Assembly (NCBI GenBank): GCA_965202585.1
Contig: OZ241833.1
Span: forward strand, 29,078,001 to 29,142,000
Length of the DNA: 64,000 nt
Reading direction: 5' to 3'
Origin: Thalia democratica
Lineage: Eukaryota
Shown: positions 14,001 to 26,876 of the stretch, piece by piece
Numbering within the stretch: the first letter of the stretch is position 1
Layout of the letters: the number at the start of each line of letters is the position of its first letter
Made by a program: the position numbers and the translations under genes
The notes under the pieces: generated by a model
What the model was told of the DNA's origin: nothing
Database searches by the model: none
What the model saw: only the letters and a program-made list of their open reading frames with translations

Positions 14001-14599
14001 AAAATTTACTAAAACTTTTGTTGCACAACATAATTGAAGTACTATTTTTTTCTCAAATACTTCAGCACATATTGTAAAATTAATCTAGTTGTAACAATTT
14101 TTTACTATAAAATTATTCGATATAGTCTTTCAAATTTCTTATTTAAAGGTAATCATTTCAAAGTTTTATAAAAATACAAACAATATCTATGTAAATTTTT
14201 AGTTAAATAAACTATTACTGCTTAAAACAAAAAAATTAAATTATCATAAACTTTCAAAGAATATATTAAATACTTCAAATAGTGCTTTAAAATTATACAA
14301 TATTTTTAAGCTAAAAAATATATTGAAAATATGATGATTTGTTCGTGCTAGTAGACAAAAGTTAAAAGTTTTTATACTTTGTGTTACTCCGTAACAGCGT
14401 TATAAATTATGGAAACTGCTGAAAGTGTAATGATATTTTCAATTCGCCTGTAATACATTTTTAAAAAACCTATTTTAGGAACTTTGATAAAAAAAGCTCC
14501 AGTCATATGTCGTTTCATAACAAAACTCTTCTGAATATTATTTCTTATCTTACATCGTAACACCAGATTTTTGAGCTTTTCCCAAAAAAAAAAATAAAA

Positions 14600-15900
14600 C
14601 AACTTTTTTTTTCAGAGATATAGTTCTAAAAATAACCATACCTATGAACTGTTGTATGAATGGAAAGAAAATTTTCAAAAGTGGAACGTAGACCTCAAAA
14701 ATTTCCAAAGATCCCCGTGTTGCAATCAGTTTGTTCTTTACAGCAACTAAGCTGTGTCCACACGACGTGTTTATCATATCCGACATGTACAACCATTCAA
14801 AGCTGACCAATTATACGCCTCAACGGATTTTAAGCAACCATCCTCATCAAGCCGACTGTACCCACCAGCAACAACGATTCTTTCTTCAAATACCGCGCAA
14901 TCTGCTCTCGATCTTACTTCTCTCAAGCTCGCCACATGTCCCCACGAGCCGTCGTTTGTGTCAAAGTATACGCAAGTTGCTGTTCGTCCGTCGTTTAAAT
15001 AGCCTCCGATAAAAAGTTTTAAATCAATAAAACCACAAACAAATAAGATTAACGTTCGTTAAACATATTTCCTATAATTTCTAGATATTTGTAAGAAATT
15101 GAGCACTTTTTAATCAAATTAAAATTGTTTTCATCATTAAGTTGACAATCTAATAACTAAATGTGACCTTTCAAATCGGTGAACAGTTTTAAATCTACGA
15201 TCTTTTGGCAATAATGAAGTTCTTCTATTTTTCGTCAAATTTCTACAATTAATTTAGTCAACAAAACTTAGAGTGATATAATTGTTTTCATGTAAATAAT
15301 AGTCTCCACATAACAAAACATCAAAGTTAACTAAACTGCAATAATGGGAGTAAGTAACTTGCTTGTAAGTTTGAGACTTTTTATATTTTCAATACTGGGA
15401 ACGTTTTGTTAAAAGACTTCATTCATAAATACTTCGTGTTCTTCAATCTTTTTAAATGACAAGGTTTCCTCAAAAAGATACTCTATTTTAATTTTAGACG
15501 ACACCAAATGAACTCGGATTTTCATTAAAAGATCTTTAGCATGTTTCTTCCTTTCATTAAATCTTTAGCTTATCCAAGCATCTGCACCACTAAACAAGTC
15601 AGTTTCTGGTGTAATGTGAAGATCAGAGCTTAGTAGAACTTGCTTCACTTACTCAATATCTGACTCTAAAAAATGTTAGTTTCAGCAACTGTTGTAAACC
15701 AACGATAGTGTATGCCTTGGTTTTCTTTGAAATATTATTAAGCCAAAGAAGTTTACATAAATTATAGTCTGTAGCTACATTTTGAAGAGTTGTTTTTGTC
15801 TTTATATATTTGCATGTTTTGTATTCCACATCTTTATTAAGTTTTATGTGGTTAAATTTCAAAGCTACAACAATTTTGATGGTATCTTGTAGAAAACAAG
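14600..15900 (-). pseudogene. Intronless BTB-BACK-Kelch (kelch-like) pseudogene
   Basis: BACK-like FLESDIE*VKQVLLSSDLHITPETDLFSGADAWIS*RFNERKKHAKDLLMKIR (~15480-15680). Kelch repeats FIGGYLNDGRTATCVYFDTNDGSWGHVASLREVRSRADCAVFEERIVVAGGY...LKSVEAYN and EWLYMSDMINTSCGHSLVAVKNKLI. Several stops and frameshifts; boundaries approximate. Confidence 0.85.
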
Positions 15901-18900
15901 TAAAAAAAAAAATTAGTTTAGGACCATTTAAAGTATTTCTAAAACTATCATTAACCATTTTCTTAATAAAGTATGTAGTATTAAATTTATATAAATTATT
16001 TTTTTTGTAAAACTTATTTTCAAAAGTTAATTACAATAATGATAAATATAAAAGTTTAATTTATTGTATAAAACAAAAAAAAAAAAAAGGATGTTAGGTG
16101 TTTTAACCTAATCTTTTATTTAATACTTTACTAAACAAATAAAAATCAAAAAAATCACAAGGTTGTTCCATTTGTTAAAAAACTTCAGACCATCATTTTC
16201 AATGAATATCAAATCATTTTTTTGAAAATGTGTTAGAAAAGCTTTGTTTTCAGTCAAAGTCACATGACAAATATTAATTTATCTGTAAGAACTGCCTTTT
16301 TTATATCACAGCAATCTTCCACTAAAACTTCTTTTGGTATTACATTAAACAGATTTTCTTATAAATCACTGAAATTACATAAAGTTTACATGCGTTCACA
16401 TAAAGTAAACTTTGTATTAAATTTTGAAATAAACCAAAGTATCTCTTTTTTAACTTTGTTCTATTTAATGACAGCGTATAAACAAAAAATATTAGTAAGA
16501 TGATGAAAAAGGATCACTTATATATTAAATTCTAAAGCCTGCAGCTAATCGCAAAAAAAAAATTATCTTTTTTAATAATTTTATTGAGGAACAAGTTTTA
16601 TATACTCTGGGTTCCATTAGTCTATCGAAAGTTAATTTAAGAATGGTTATCAATCTAAAAACCTTTTAAACTTATAAGCTGTGCAATACAAATTTGTAGG
16701 TTTTTCTGAACAATCATTTGAATTTTTTGATGATTTTATTGTTATACTAACTTATAAACTTATTAATTACAATTTGATAGTGATTTTGTGCTAATTAATA
16801 TTATTGTAATTTTTAATTGAAACAACTTTTTCCTACCTTTTTGCAAGACGTACACTAAACATTACATCTGTTGATTTTTAAGTTTGTTTGTTTTTATTTC
16901 AAATTACGAAGGACACTTACTCAAATTTTAACATTTTCCGTAAAAATATAACCAAGAAACAATCTAAACCGGTAGTCAAAATATAAAAATACGCTGTTTA
17001 AGTAATTTAGATTATATATAAGAAAATGTTTTGGATAGAATATAGTCCTACTGAAGTTTATTGTTTTTTTATTTGTTTTAGCTTAATTGTAAAAAATAGA
17101 TTTACTTAAACTTAAAATTATCTGTAGTTCAGTTGTAGTAAACTTTTTTGTTCAATTTAAAGTAAAAAAACAACTATTTCGCAACAATTTTTTTCAAGAA
17201 AAGCAGTTGTAAAAAATGACTGCCAACAAAATTAAAATATGGTCACATGTTATTTATAAGTGACATTTAGTTATCACAAGTTTTTAATACTAATTTTAAA
17301 ATTTTTCTTGTATAAGTATTCGCAGTATATTTAAATATACTTAGTTGCATTTTGACTAGTGCTTAGAAGTTACTTTGAGTTTACAATTAGGTTAGAACTA
17401 ACTTTTACGAAAATAGCACTACAATATAATACCAAGTTTGCTAGCTTTGTCATTTTAGGTCTTTGTTTAAATTTTGTTGATAAAACGGTAAACCTAAAGA
17501 ATAAATCAGCAATCAGCATATAAAAAATTAAAATAAGAAATGCAAACTTTTTTCACAAATATTTTTTATTTAGCTAAACTGCGAATACTTGCATAACATT
17601 TTACAATAAACAAACAAGCATAAATAAGTTTAAATAATTAAAACTAAACTGAATATTGTACTAATTTGATATATTTATGATGTTTTTGAATTCAATAAAA
17701 GGCTTTTTAGTATTTCATTTAAAAGCTTAAAAAATATCCTTGTTAAAGAAACTGAAAATTTAGTTTTAACTTAAAGTTTTAGAATTTATACAATTAAAAA
17801 AAACAAGGTATTTTTTTTTAGATTTAAATTTTTTAAAGATTATTCTTTAAATTAAACGAAAAATTAAAAAAAAAACTGTTTTTTGAATATAATTTACTTT
17901 TAATCAAACATTTTTTTTATAAACTAAGCTATAAAACAAAACTATGAAACTAAATTAAACACTTAAGCAATAAAATTATGCAGTGGTGGTAAAACTAAAG
18001 TTTTTTTCTATATCTTAGAAAACAAAGTTCAAAATTTAAAAACATACCAACTGTATAAATAATCAACTATTTTCAAGAGGTAAAAAATTTTTATGCTTAG
18101 TGAAGTAAACACTTTTAGCCATAAAAAGTACAAAACTTTTGTACACTTTCAATATTTTAACATAAAATTTTATTTTATTTTAGCATTTAATTCAATTTTT
18201 TACGCAATACAACAAAAATGCTTTAAAAAAACTATAAACCTGGTGTGTATCAAAAAAGAAGTTAAGCAAATAGAAAATATAACCAATATAATAGAATGTT
18301 CTTACATTTTTGTTGTTATGTTTAATATTTTATTTTTAGTTTAAATAATAAAATTACTCTATACGTTTTATTTATTTTTAGGCATATATAAAAAACATCA
18401 TGAAAAGACCATCAAAGTTTTTCTTTTGTAGCAAAAAAAATTATGTATCAATGCAATTTAGAATAGTATTTTCACTTTTTCTTGAATTTCATATAAAAGA
18501 ATATTGATATAAGTTTTTTAATAAAAATAAAATTTAAAAAATAAATTTTTGTTTAGCTCGACTTTTTAGCTATTACAATGTTGATAAAATACATATCAAG
18601 TCTTTCCTTTGAAAGCTTTATAATGTATGATACGTTAAAATACAACATATTTAAAAATGTTTAGAATATTTAAAGTAAGTTAGTTGAGTTTAGAAAAACT
18701 TATTAGTACTAAAAAAAAATTTCAACTGGTCCTTTTTTTATAACAATTCTTCAAATAGCTTTAAACAAGTAGTAACTACAGCTAGAACCAGTTAAAATGT
18801 TTTTTTTTTTCATACTTTATTTCATTAATACCAAAAAATTTCTTTTATACTACTCTTAAATATTTATTCACAATAATTTTAAGTTATAGTAGTTTAAGAA

Positions 18901-18970
18901 ATTGTTTGCGCAGAAGCTAATGAAAAAGCTAGATTCTCAGTTTTTTCTAATTTAGTACATACATATTTAT

Positions 18971-19800
18971 ACGAGCGTTAACTTGGCTTGAATGGCTTTT
19001 TTTGTATTTTTTTAAACCAAACTTTAAAACCATTTATTAATTAATTAATGCTAACTTGGAACTTTTTTTTCATTCTAAAGAACGTTCTTTTGCTTAGCTT
19101 TTCACAATAATTTTCATCGAATTTCGGTTTTACTTTTGTAGTGGGTCCTCTTTAAAAATTTAATATTATTTTGCATTTTTTTACTTAACACCTATTTTTT
19201 CCGAAAATAGTATTTTTTTTTAATTTTCATTTTTTAACATACTTATTAAGCTGAGTTTAAAGACGTTGTTCTTTTTTTTTCAATTTTTTTTCTTATAACA
19301 TATGCTTAAATAAATTTTTCAGAAAAGTTCCAAATTTTCACGGTTTCGGCTTTTTTACATTGTTTTATAGAAAACTTAAATTATTTTTTAATAAATTTTA
19401 TTTTTAACAGACTTATATAATTAAGTTTTATAGCGTTATCATACTTTTTTCCAACTTAATATTATATTTCAAATATATGACCCATTTAAGTTTTAACTAA
19501 ATTATTAGCATTAGATTTATATTGGTCATATATTCATAAAATAATAATAAATTCGGAAAAAAATATAATAACGTCATACAACTTAAATATATAAGTCCGT
19601 TAAAAACAAAAATTATTATACAAATATTAAATTTTTGCAATGAACCATAACCAAAAAAAAAGAAAATCGTGCAAATTTGGAGTTTTTCTGGAAAATTTAT
19701 TTAGGCATACGTTATAAAAAAATGTTTTGCAAAAAAAAAAAGAACAACGTCTTTAAACTCAGCTTAATAATTATGTTAAAAAAAGTATGTTCACGCTCGT
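18971..19800. mobile_element. 830-bp foldback / Mutator-like non-autonomous element with long imperfect TIRs
   Basis: Termini ACGAGCGTTAAC...GTTCACGCTCGT; exact 9-bp TSD CATATTTAT at 18962-18970 and 19801-19809; internal inverted arms ~19230-19440 and ~19590-19785. Confidence 0.8.
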
Positions 19801-20407
19801 CATATTTATTATTATATTAAACAAGTTTTGTATATTTTCTACCGTTTTAATTTTGTTTATAACAAAAATTTATAACAGAAAAACAAAGAAAAAGGATACA
19901 GTGAAATGGACATAACTTCTTTACTATCAGTTAGAAATTTGTAAAATTTTTTTTTTTAATTTCATTCTACTTTGTTATTACAATCTTTATTTTTTACGTT
20001 AAAAAAGTAAAACCCCATTAAAACTTAATTTTAATACTATTCTTATACATACCGCAACGGGACTAAATCGTTTGAAATGGAAATAGTAACTTAAATTTTA
20101 TAATTTTTTATCTTTTTAATTTAAGAAATTTTAAGTTTAAATTTATCTAAAGATTCTTTTGTAAACACAGTCGGCGAAATTCGTGCTGAACCAAAAACTG
20201 TTATTTATAAATTTTATATTTTATCCTAACACCTGACTGTGTTTACCTATATTGTATAACGCTTTCTCAGTTGCTAGTAAAATGTACATAAAACTAATAA
20301 CACATCAACATTGAAAAAAAAAATTAAACAATGAAAAACTAGTTTATTTTTCATTAATGTAAGTCACACACGTAAAACAAAACAACGAAACATAGGCAAT
20401 TGCAAAA

Positions 20408-22110
20408 ATGGATGAAACCAACAAGGACACAGACGCACGATTCGGACCTCAGCTGGACGTCACTGAAGGAAACGATCGATTTTACAGCGGTGGGCGTCGC
20501 TCAGCTTCCAACAACTTGTCTAAAAGTGATATGAGAAGCCCTCTGAGCTCGAAGGCCTTGCAAAGTTCTCGCTGGGGTAAAAATAGCATCAGTTCCAAAT
20601 CCGCAAATTTACAAAGCTATAACGATCTTATATCATCCGGAAAATTAAACAGCGCTAGCTCTTATGGTTTAATACCATCGACTTCCGTCTCCAAAAGTCT
20701 TTTAGCAAAAACTTTCGAAAACGTTTGTTCAGCTAAAAAAGTCTTGCTTCGTCAGTAAACAGTTACAAATATGGTGATAAAATAAAACCAAACGAGTTTT
20801 TGTCTAAGGCTAGTAGTTCTTCCAAAAACGTTTCAAAAAGTAGCTATTCGAGTATCGTAAAAGGCCATATAAATGCTCTGAGTACCACGAAAATAAGTGG
20901 TTCGTCTAAGAACACGAGTGCTTGCCCGGCGAATAAGAAAAGTCCATCAGCTTTGGGCAGCTTTGAAAAACTTCAAGAAATGAAAAATAAAAAAACTGCG
21001 ACAGACATGGCCAAGAATGATATCTGGGCGAAAACAAAGGTTCAAAAAAGCAAGAAAAGCTCGGACAACAACCTTGTAAAAAGTTCTGGAACTTTTGGAA
21101 GCAATTCATCTGCAAAAAAAGCTTTTAACAACAGCAAGAACAAAGTTAAAAGCGACAAGGAAAAAAACAAAAAAGACGGTAAGTCAAAAGGTATAGATAG
21201 CTCTAGCAATTCTCTAAACAGGTCTAAAGGGTCTCTAATGAACTCAAAAATTATAAATTATGCCACCAGTAGCTCTGTCAATGCAAACGCTTCCAGTAAA
21301 TCACTTAAATCTGGCCAGCTTACCAACGATTTAAAGAATAAAATACACGCAAGCATGGAAAAAAGAAAAAGCTTCAAAAGAACTTTGGAGCTCATCTGCG
21401 AAGCGGAAAGGCACTTGTACCGGAGCGACGACAGACATTTGGTCCATTTGGGAATAGAATCGAAGTATGGGAAACAACAAGAACACAAGAAGAAAATTCT
21501 GAAGCACCTGTACGAAAACTACACGGAAAAGTTGCCCAGGAGCTGCAGGTTCACGAGGTACGAGGATTTCACCGCGCACATACAGAATGCTGAAAACAGG
21601 AGGCGACGCGCGGGATGCGTTTTCGTGCACGAGGACACGAAACAAGTCTTGGTCGGGGTCAACACCAAGGGACAGTGCACCGTGCCGGCGGGAAAAGAAG
21701 ACTACAACGACAGAGGGGACATGATGACGACCGGGTTTAGGGAAGGAGTAGAGGAGGCGGGGGTCAAGCTCAAGCTCGAGCACTGCGAGGGGTGCGAGAA
21801 AGGGTACGACGTAGAGGTTTGGGGCAAAACAACGAGGTTGTACAAGGTGGAGGTTGGCGACGGCGACGTCAACATGCAGCACACGGTGCCAGGGGAGATA
21901 GTACGAGTAGAATGGGTAGACCCTCGCAAAACGCAGGGCAAGAGTTTGACTAGGTTAACCAGGGAGTTGTTCAGCGTTATTGGGCAAGAGATGAAAAACA
22001 GGAAAGCGTGGCTGCAATACGTCAAACGTATCACCGTCCAAGGCCCATCACGGGAATTTTTTCAAAACTTGCAAGTTGTACTTCCGGGTAATGGTATAAA
22101 AAAACCTTAA
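20408..22110 (+). CDS. Intronless Dcp2-like Nudix hydrolase with a long N-terminal Ser/Lys-rich low-complexity region (~567 aa if a 1-nt gap at 20735-20740 is restored)
   Basis: ATG at 20408 in aaaaATGg context; the frames join at gctAAAAAAgtc. The C-terminal domain has RAGCVFVHEDTKQVLV, a variant Nudix box GKEDYNDRGDMMTTGFREGVEEAGV, and RLYKVEV...GEIVRVEWV, paralleling recalled Dcp2 motifs (YGAIILDE...VLLV, FPKGK...REVFEETG, RLYII...EIRNIEWF). Confidence 0.75.
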
Positions 22111-23577
22111 CCCATATAAAAAATTCCATAGGAAAATTAAAAGAAGTTTTTTAACTAAAAGTCAATTTTCAAGTTTATATTGTTTAACTTAAGATAATTT
22201 TAAGTTTAACATGTAGTTTTTATCGGTCAACTAAATTGCGTTATTTCATTATTGATATCTGAAAAGTTTCTAAATGTTTGAAGTTGTATTAACGACAAAT
22301 TTTTATACCTGTCATTTTTATAAAATAAAAAATCAGTTTTATAAGTTTGTTTGTCTTTAGCAGAAATTTACGACAATGTATATTTAAAAAGAAAACTGTT
22401 TTAAACATCATTCTAGTTCTGTATCTTTTAAATAATCAAGTTTTAATTTTTAGTGTTTTTTTTAATTTTAAATTTTCTTAGTGTTTTTAATTCATAGTTT
22501 ACACAGAAACTTTATTCTATTTAAATTTGAATAAAACACTTTATGCTCTAACGTTATTTAATTGAATACAATTGGTAAAAAAAAAAGCGTTATTTGTTAT
22601 CAAAAGGCCAGTTTTAAAAACCTTTTAATTGAATAATTCTAATTTCGTACTTAAAGTTTTATTTTTTCTAAATTAAGTTAATGAGTTTATAAAACTAATT
22701 TATCAATGTTTAAAATTCATTATATTTAAAAAATGCTTGAAAAAGGTTACTAATGCGTTTAACATTTGTAACCTCAGTTTAATAATTAATGAAGCTATGT
22801 GAACGGATTTAATTATTTTTTTTATCTTAAGAGTTTTTACTAAAACTTTATCTTTTGGTTAACTTATAAAAGCGTTCCAATTTTCATGCAGTTTTTTGCA
22901 TATTTTTTAAATACAACAAGGAATTTATTTTTTTGTTTTCTAGGTTAAGAGGTTTACCCAACGTATTCTATTTTTTATGATATATTTGTCGTTTTTACAA
23001 AGCTTTGACTAACATAATGCTACTGCTTGAGAAATTAATGAAGATATATATCTTTAAATAATAAAAATTTAACTGGTATATATTATAATAGTTTAAGAAT
23101 GATTTAAAATAAATATTACTAAATTAAAACTAATACAATGCGAAATTTATTACTAAATTTACCAACTATTCAAAAAAAAAAATTTAAAGGTATATTTAAG
23201 GTTAGTGCAATAAAAATTTGTTAATTTCTGGTTTGCTAATAGATATTGAAAATCAATAACCTTTTTGTCTTTTTTAGTGTGAGTTTAATTTTACTTAGTT
23301 TAATAGTACACTTGGTAAAGCCTATGAGAGTTTAAATATATAAGAAACAAAACTTATCTTGGGTTTTATTTGCACAGTTTCGTTTATATTTATTTTCTAA
23401 TGTTTTGTACTCATTTTTATGACAAAATTAAGCTAGTTTTAAACTGTAACATCATTTCAAAACAATGTTTTCTACACGCAAACTGCAAACTAACTTTTTT
23501 CTTCTCAAACAAGTCAACCGACTTACTTTTTTTTATTAAAAAACTCTTTAAAACATCACAGAACGATATTAATAAAA

Positions 23578-23707
23578 ACTGGTCCGCAACGCATTGGTGT
23601 GATTTTGTGGATTCTCCCCAATAATCGCGTCTTGTATTGTCCTGAGAGATCCAATATCCAAATTGATCACCATTGAAGTCAATCAAAATTTATCTTTTAC
23701 ATCTGCA
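23578..23707 (-). pseudogene. Decayed exon resembling the fibrinogen-like domain of Caspr/neurexin-IV-type proteins
   Basis: After a tttag acceptor: CRCKR*ILIDFNGDQFGYWISQDNTRRDYWGESTKSHQC. Restoring 1 nt gives C-x-C-G, similar to the family pattern C-K-x-S-x-L...W-W/V-G-R...YWGG...C-A-C-G. One stop plus one frameshift. Confidence 0.45.
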
Positions 23708-24801
23708 CTAAAGCAAAACAAATTTAACATTGTATAGCTGTACTACTAAAATTTAAAAAGTTATTAAACATTTTTTTTTTTTTTTAATTAATTTTGGTTT
23801 TGTTTAAATAAAACTGTCATAGCATTATACGGCTGTGTAGAAATGTGTATATTTTATATAAGTATAAAAAATAAAACTGAAAATTTTATAACTAAAAAAT
23901 TAATTCTATGTAATTTTCTAAACCAGCACTTGATCCTCATATACATTTTAAGCTTATTTAACTTTTGTACTACAAAATCATTTTGTGCTATAATTAAGTA
24001 AAAACACCATATAGTTATCTTTACATGTGTTTTTCACGTATGTAAACAGTTAGGTTTTCTTTTCATTAACCAACAGTGCTTTTTTTGAGTTTTGAAAGTT
24101 TTAGTCGCGAGATTTGGAGCATACTTATTTATTTTATAAATTTATGTCAGCGTTTAACTTTGGTTTAAAGTAGCGCAAAATACTTATATGAAGTTGCGAC
24201 AGTATAAATGAGCATCAATAGTTTCTATATATAGATTGGAGGTACTTCTTGCACGACCAGCTTTTGATATGAGAACTTAGCTTCAAATACATTTAAATTT
24301 TTTTCGTCCTGAATGTTGTGATTGCTGTTTAAAGTTTGATAAAAATATTTCAATTCCACTACTCTATGTTAATTTTTTAAAGATTTATTTTAGCATTTGC
24401 TTAAAATAATAAAAAAAAAACATTTTACTTATCTTATTTACATATTTTTTGTAAATAAGCGTTGAACAATATGTTAAAATGAGCAAAAAATTTAACAATC
24501 TTAAGTTTTTACGTTTTTTTTACTTTAGTTTTTCATTAAACTAACTTTAAACTTTAATATATTTGAGACTAATAAAAGTACAAAAAAAAAACAAAAGTAA
24601 ACAAATAATATTATCAAAAAAGATTTGATTAGCTTTTTAAATTTGAACTTTTTTTTAAATGTAGACCTTCGGATATAAATCACTTTATATATAAACAAGT
24701 TATGATGTTATCAATTGACAATTTAAACGTCATGCTTCGAACTGTTATATCAAAATTCAAAAAACTACCCGATGTTCTCAATAAGTTTACAAAAACTTCC
24801 A

Positions 24802-25260
24802 CGTAATTATTTCCGGTCGGGTTCAAAACGCACATGCCCGAAATAGCGCCCTCGTAAAACTTTTCCGTTTGAATTGCTTCCACGTTCGGCGACGGTCGGA
24901 TTGTTCTTCAACTCGTCCGAACGTCGCTTCAGCTCGCTCATTCTTCGTTGACGGCCTTCGGTTAGTTTTCTCGGTGTGTTGAGCAGAACTCGGTTGTTTT
25001 CAATTATTTTCTCTTAGCCTCCAACGGCAGACTTCCAACGTCCACCTTTTGATTTAACAAACTCAATTAACAACAGCTGTCATTTTAATTAAAATGTTAA
25101 AAATGTTTTTAAGCACATGAACCTGTATAACCGATTTTACCTTGTCTCCTTTACCTCCGGTGCCTCCTTTGCTGCCGGCGGACCAAAATTCGAACTTTCC
25201 CCTTGCTGAAACTCCTGACGTTTGTGTGCAAGCTGGGACAGCCGTTTTCCCGAGCAAAAT
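24802..25260 (-). other. GC-rich candidate two-exon coding fragment, unknown product
   Basis: Reads ...KRLSQLAHKRQEFQQGESSNFGPPAAKEAPE | VDVGSLPLEAKRK(+1 A)IIENNRVLLNTPRKLTEGRQRRMSELKRRSDELKNN...EPDRK*, using the gag|gtaaag donor and caaaag|gtg acceptor. No ATG or upstream acceptor found. Confidence 0.3.
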
Positions 25261-26876
25261 AATTTTATCGAGTGATAAAGATTAATAAAATAAGCGTAGT
25301 TAACAAAATAAAAAATGTTCAGACAATAGTAATAAAATAATAAAAACAATAAACACTATGATATAAAAATAGAAACTTATAAATACAAAATACAACACAA
25401 ATAAAAAAAAAAGAAAAACGTATAAATAACAAGAAATTCTCAGAAATAAATCAAATCATTTGATACAAAATGATATACAAATTTTGTCACCATTTTCTTT
25501 TGAATCTAGGTTATAGACCTTTTTTTTGTCAAAATAATATTTATTACCTTTTTAAAATAAGTCAAAAACAATAATTAAAACCAAATTTTTATGAGTTAAT
25601 TTTTTGTTTCCGTTGTATTTGTTGTATTTATATTTAATAAAATGTGTACACCATTTAAAAGATTATTTTAGTTTTCAACCAACGGTTTTTAATAATGTAT
25701 TAAAAATTGTACGATCTTCTGAACTATACCCTTAAAAAACGCTTATAGTTGCTTCTTTAAAGCATAAGCAGCTACCAAATTACTCTGTAACAGGATATCA
25801 AATTGAACTAAATGACTGTTTAAATTTTATGGAAAGTTTTGAGCTAAACTCCTTGTTCATCCAAGCGTTTAAGAGAAAGCTCGCAAGGTCAAGTGTTATA
25901 CTGATGCAAGTCAAGATAAGGAGAAAATAAAGAGCAGATAATAAATTTATGATGTAATGTTGAATAAAGTTAAGAACATCGCTATACAAACCCGCCACAG
26001 AGAGTGGCGGTGGCATTCTAGCCACAGCCTGCTGCAGTATACATGACATTCTAGAATAGAAATTTATATTGTTTTCTGTGTTATAAGTACCTTTTTCATA
26101 ATGTTGCTTCTTATGTTGCTAAGTATATAAGTATATATAAATATACTTTATTTTTAATTTAGTAAACTGGAAACAATTAATTCTAAAAACATACGGTTAT
26201 CTTATTGACAAACTTTTTGGCTAAAAATAAGTTTTTAACTAATCTAAACTTTGGGTTAAAAAAAAAACAAAATCGTTTTAAATTTAATATGTTTCTTTTT
26301 ATTTATTATTACAAATAATAAACTTATCAGTTTTCACAAACCCACGTTATAAAGTAGTAAATGAGGTCGAATCCAAAAGTTAGAATTTGTAAAAAAATTA
26401 TAACATTTATAATTTAAAACGCTTAATGAAGTTGTTTATTTGTTTAAAATATTTTGTTTTGGACTATTCTAGTAATACATTTTGTAACCAGGATAAATAA
26501 ATATCACGTGTAACCAAATAAAATTTACAAATTGTTTGTCAACTTCTTTATTTAGGTTTTTAGTGTTTGCTTTTTAATCAAAACTATTTAGTATGCTTAA
26601 TTTTATATAACACAACACAGTATTTAACACGAGTAATCATTTTTACTAGGAGTTGGCAAGCATTTGGCCAAATATCATAAACGAAATTGTTTGCGGTTTA
26701 ATTTTAAGTTTTAATTACATTTTAACTTACATACAGAGTTAGTCACAAATTCAGTTTTGTTACGTCATATGGTGACTTGACGAAAGAAACGTCAACTTTT
26801 TTAAGCCTATAGAGTTTGCTCAGATTTAATAACTTTAACAGTTGTTTTTGTAGACAAAAGTTTAAACAGTGCTAAA

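Noticed and set aside
20730-20745. Programmed -1 ribosomal frameshift in the Nudix gene
   Set aside because: The in-frame heptamer is T AAA AAA, not a canonical X XXY YYZ, and no obvious downstream stimulatory structure was seen.
21350-22090. Horizontal or viral origin of the Nudix domain inferred from its higher GC
   Set aside because: Host exons (DDAH exon 4, ThrRS exons) are similarly GC-rich relative to introns, so composition alone is not evidence; a phylogeny is needed.
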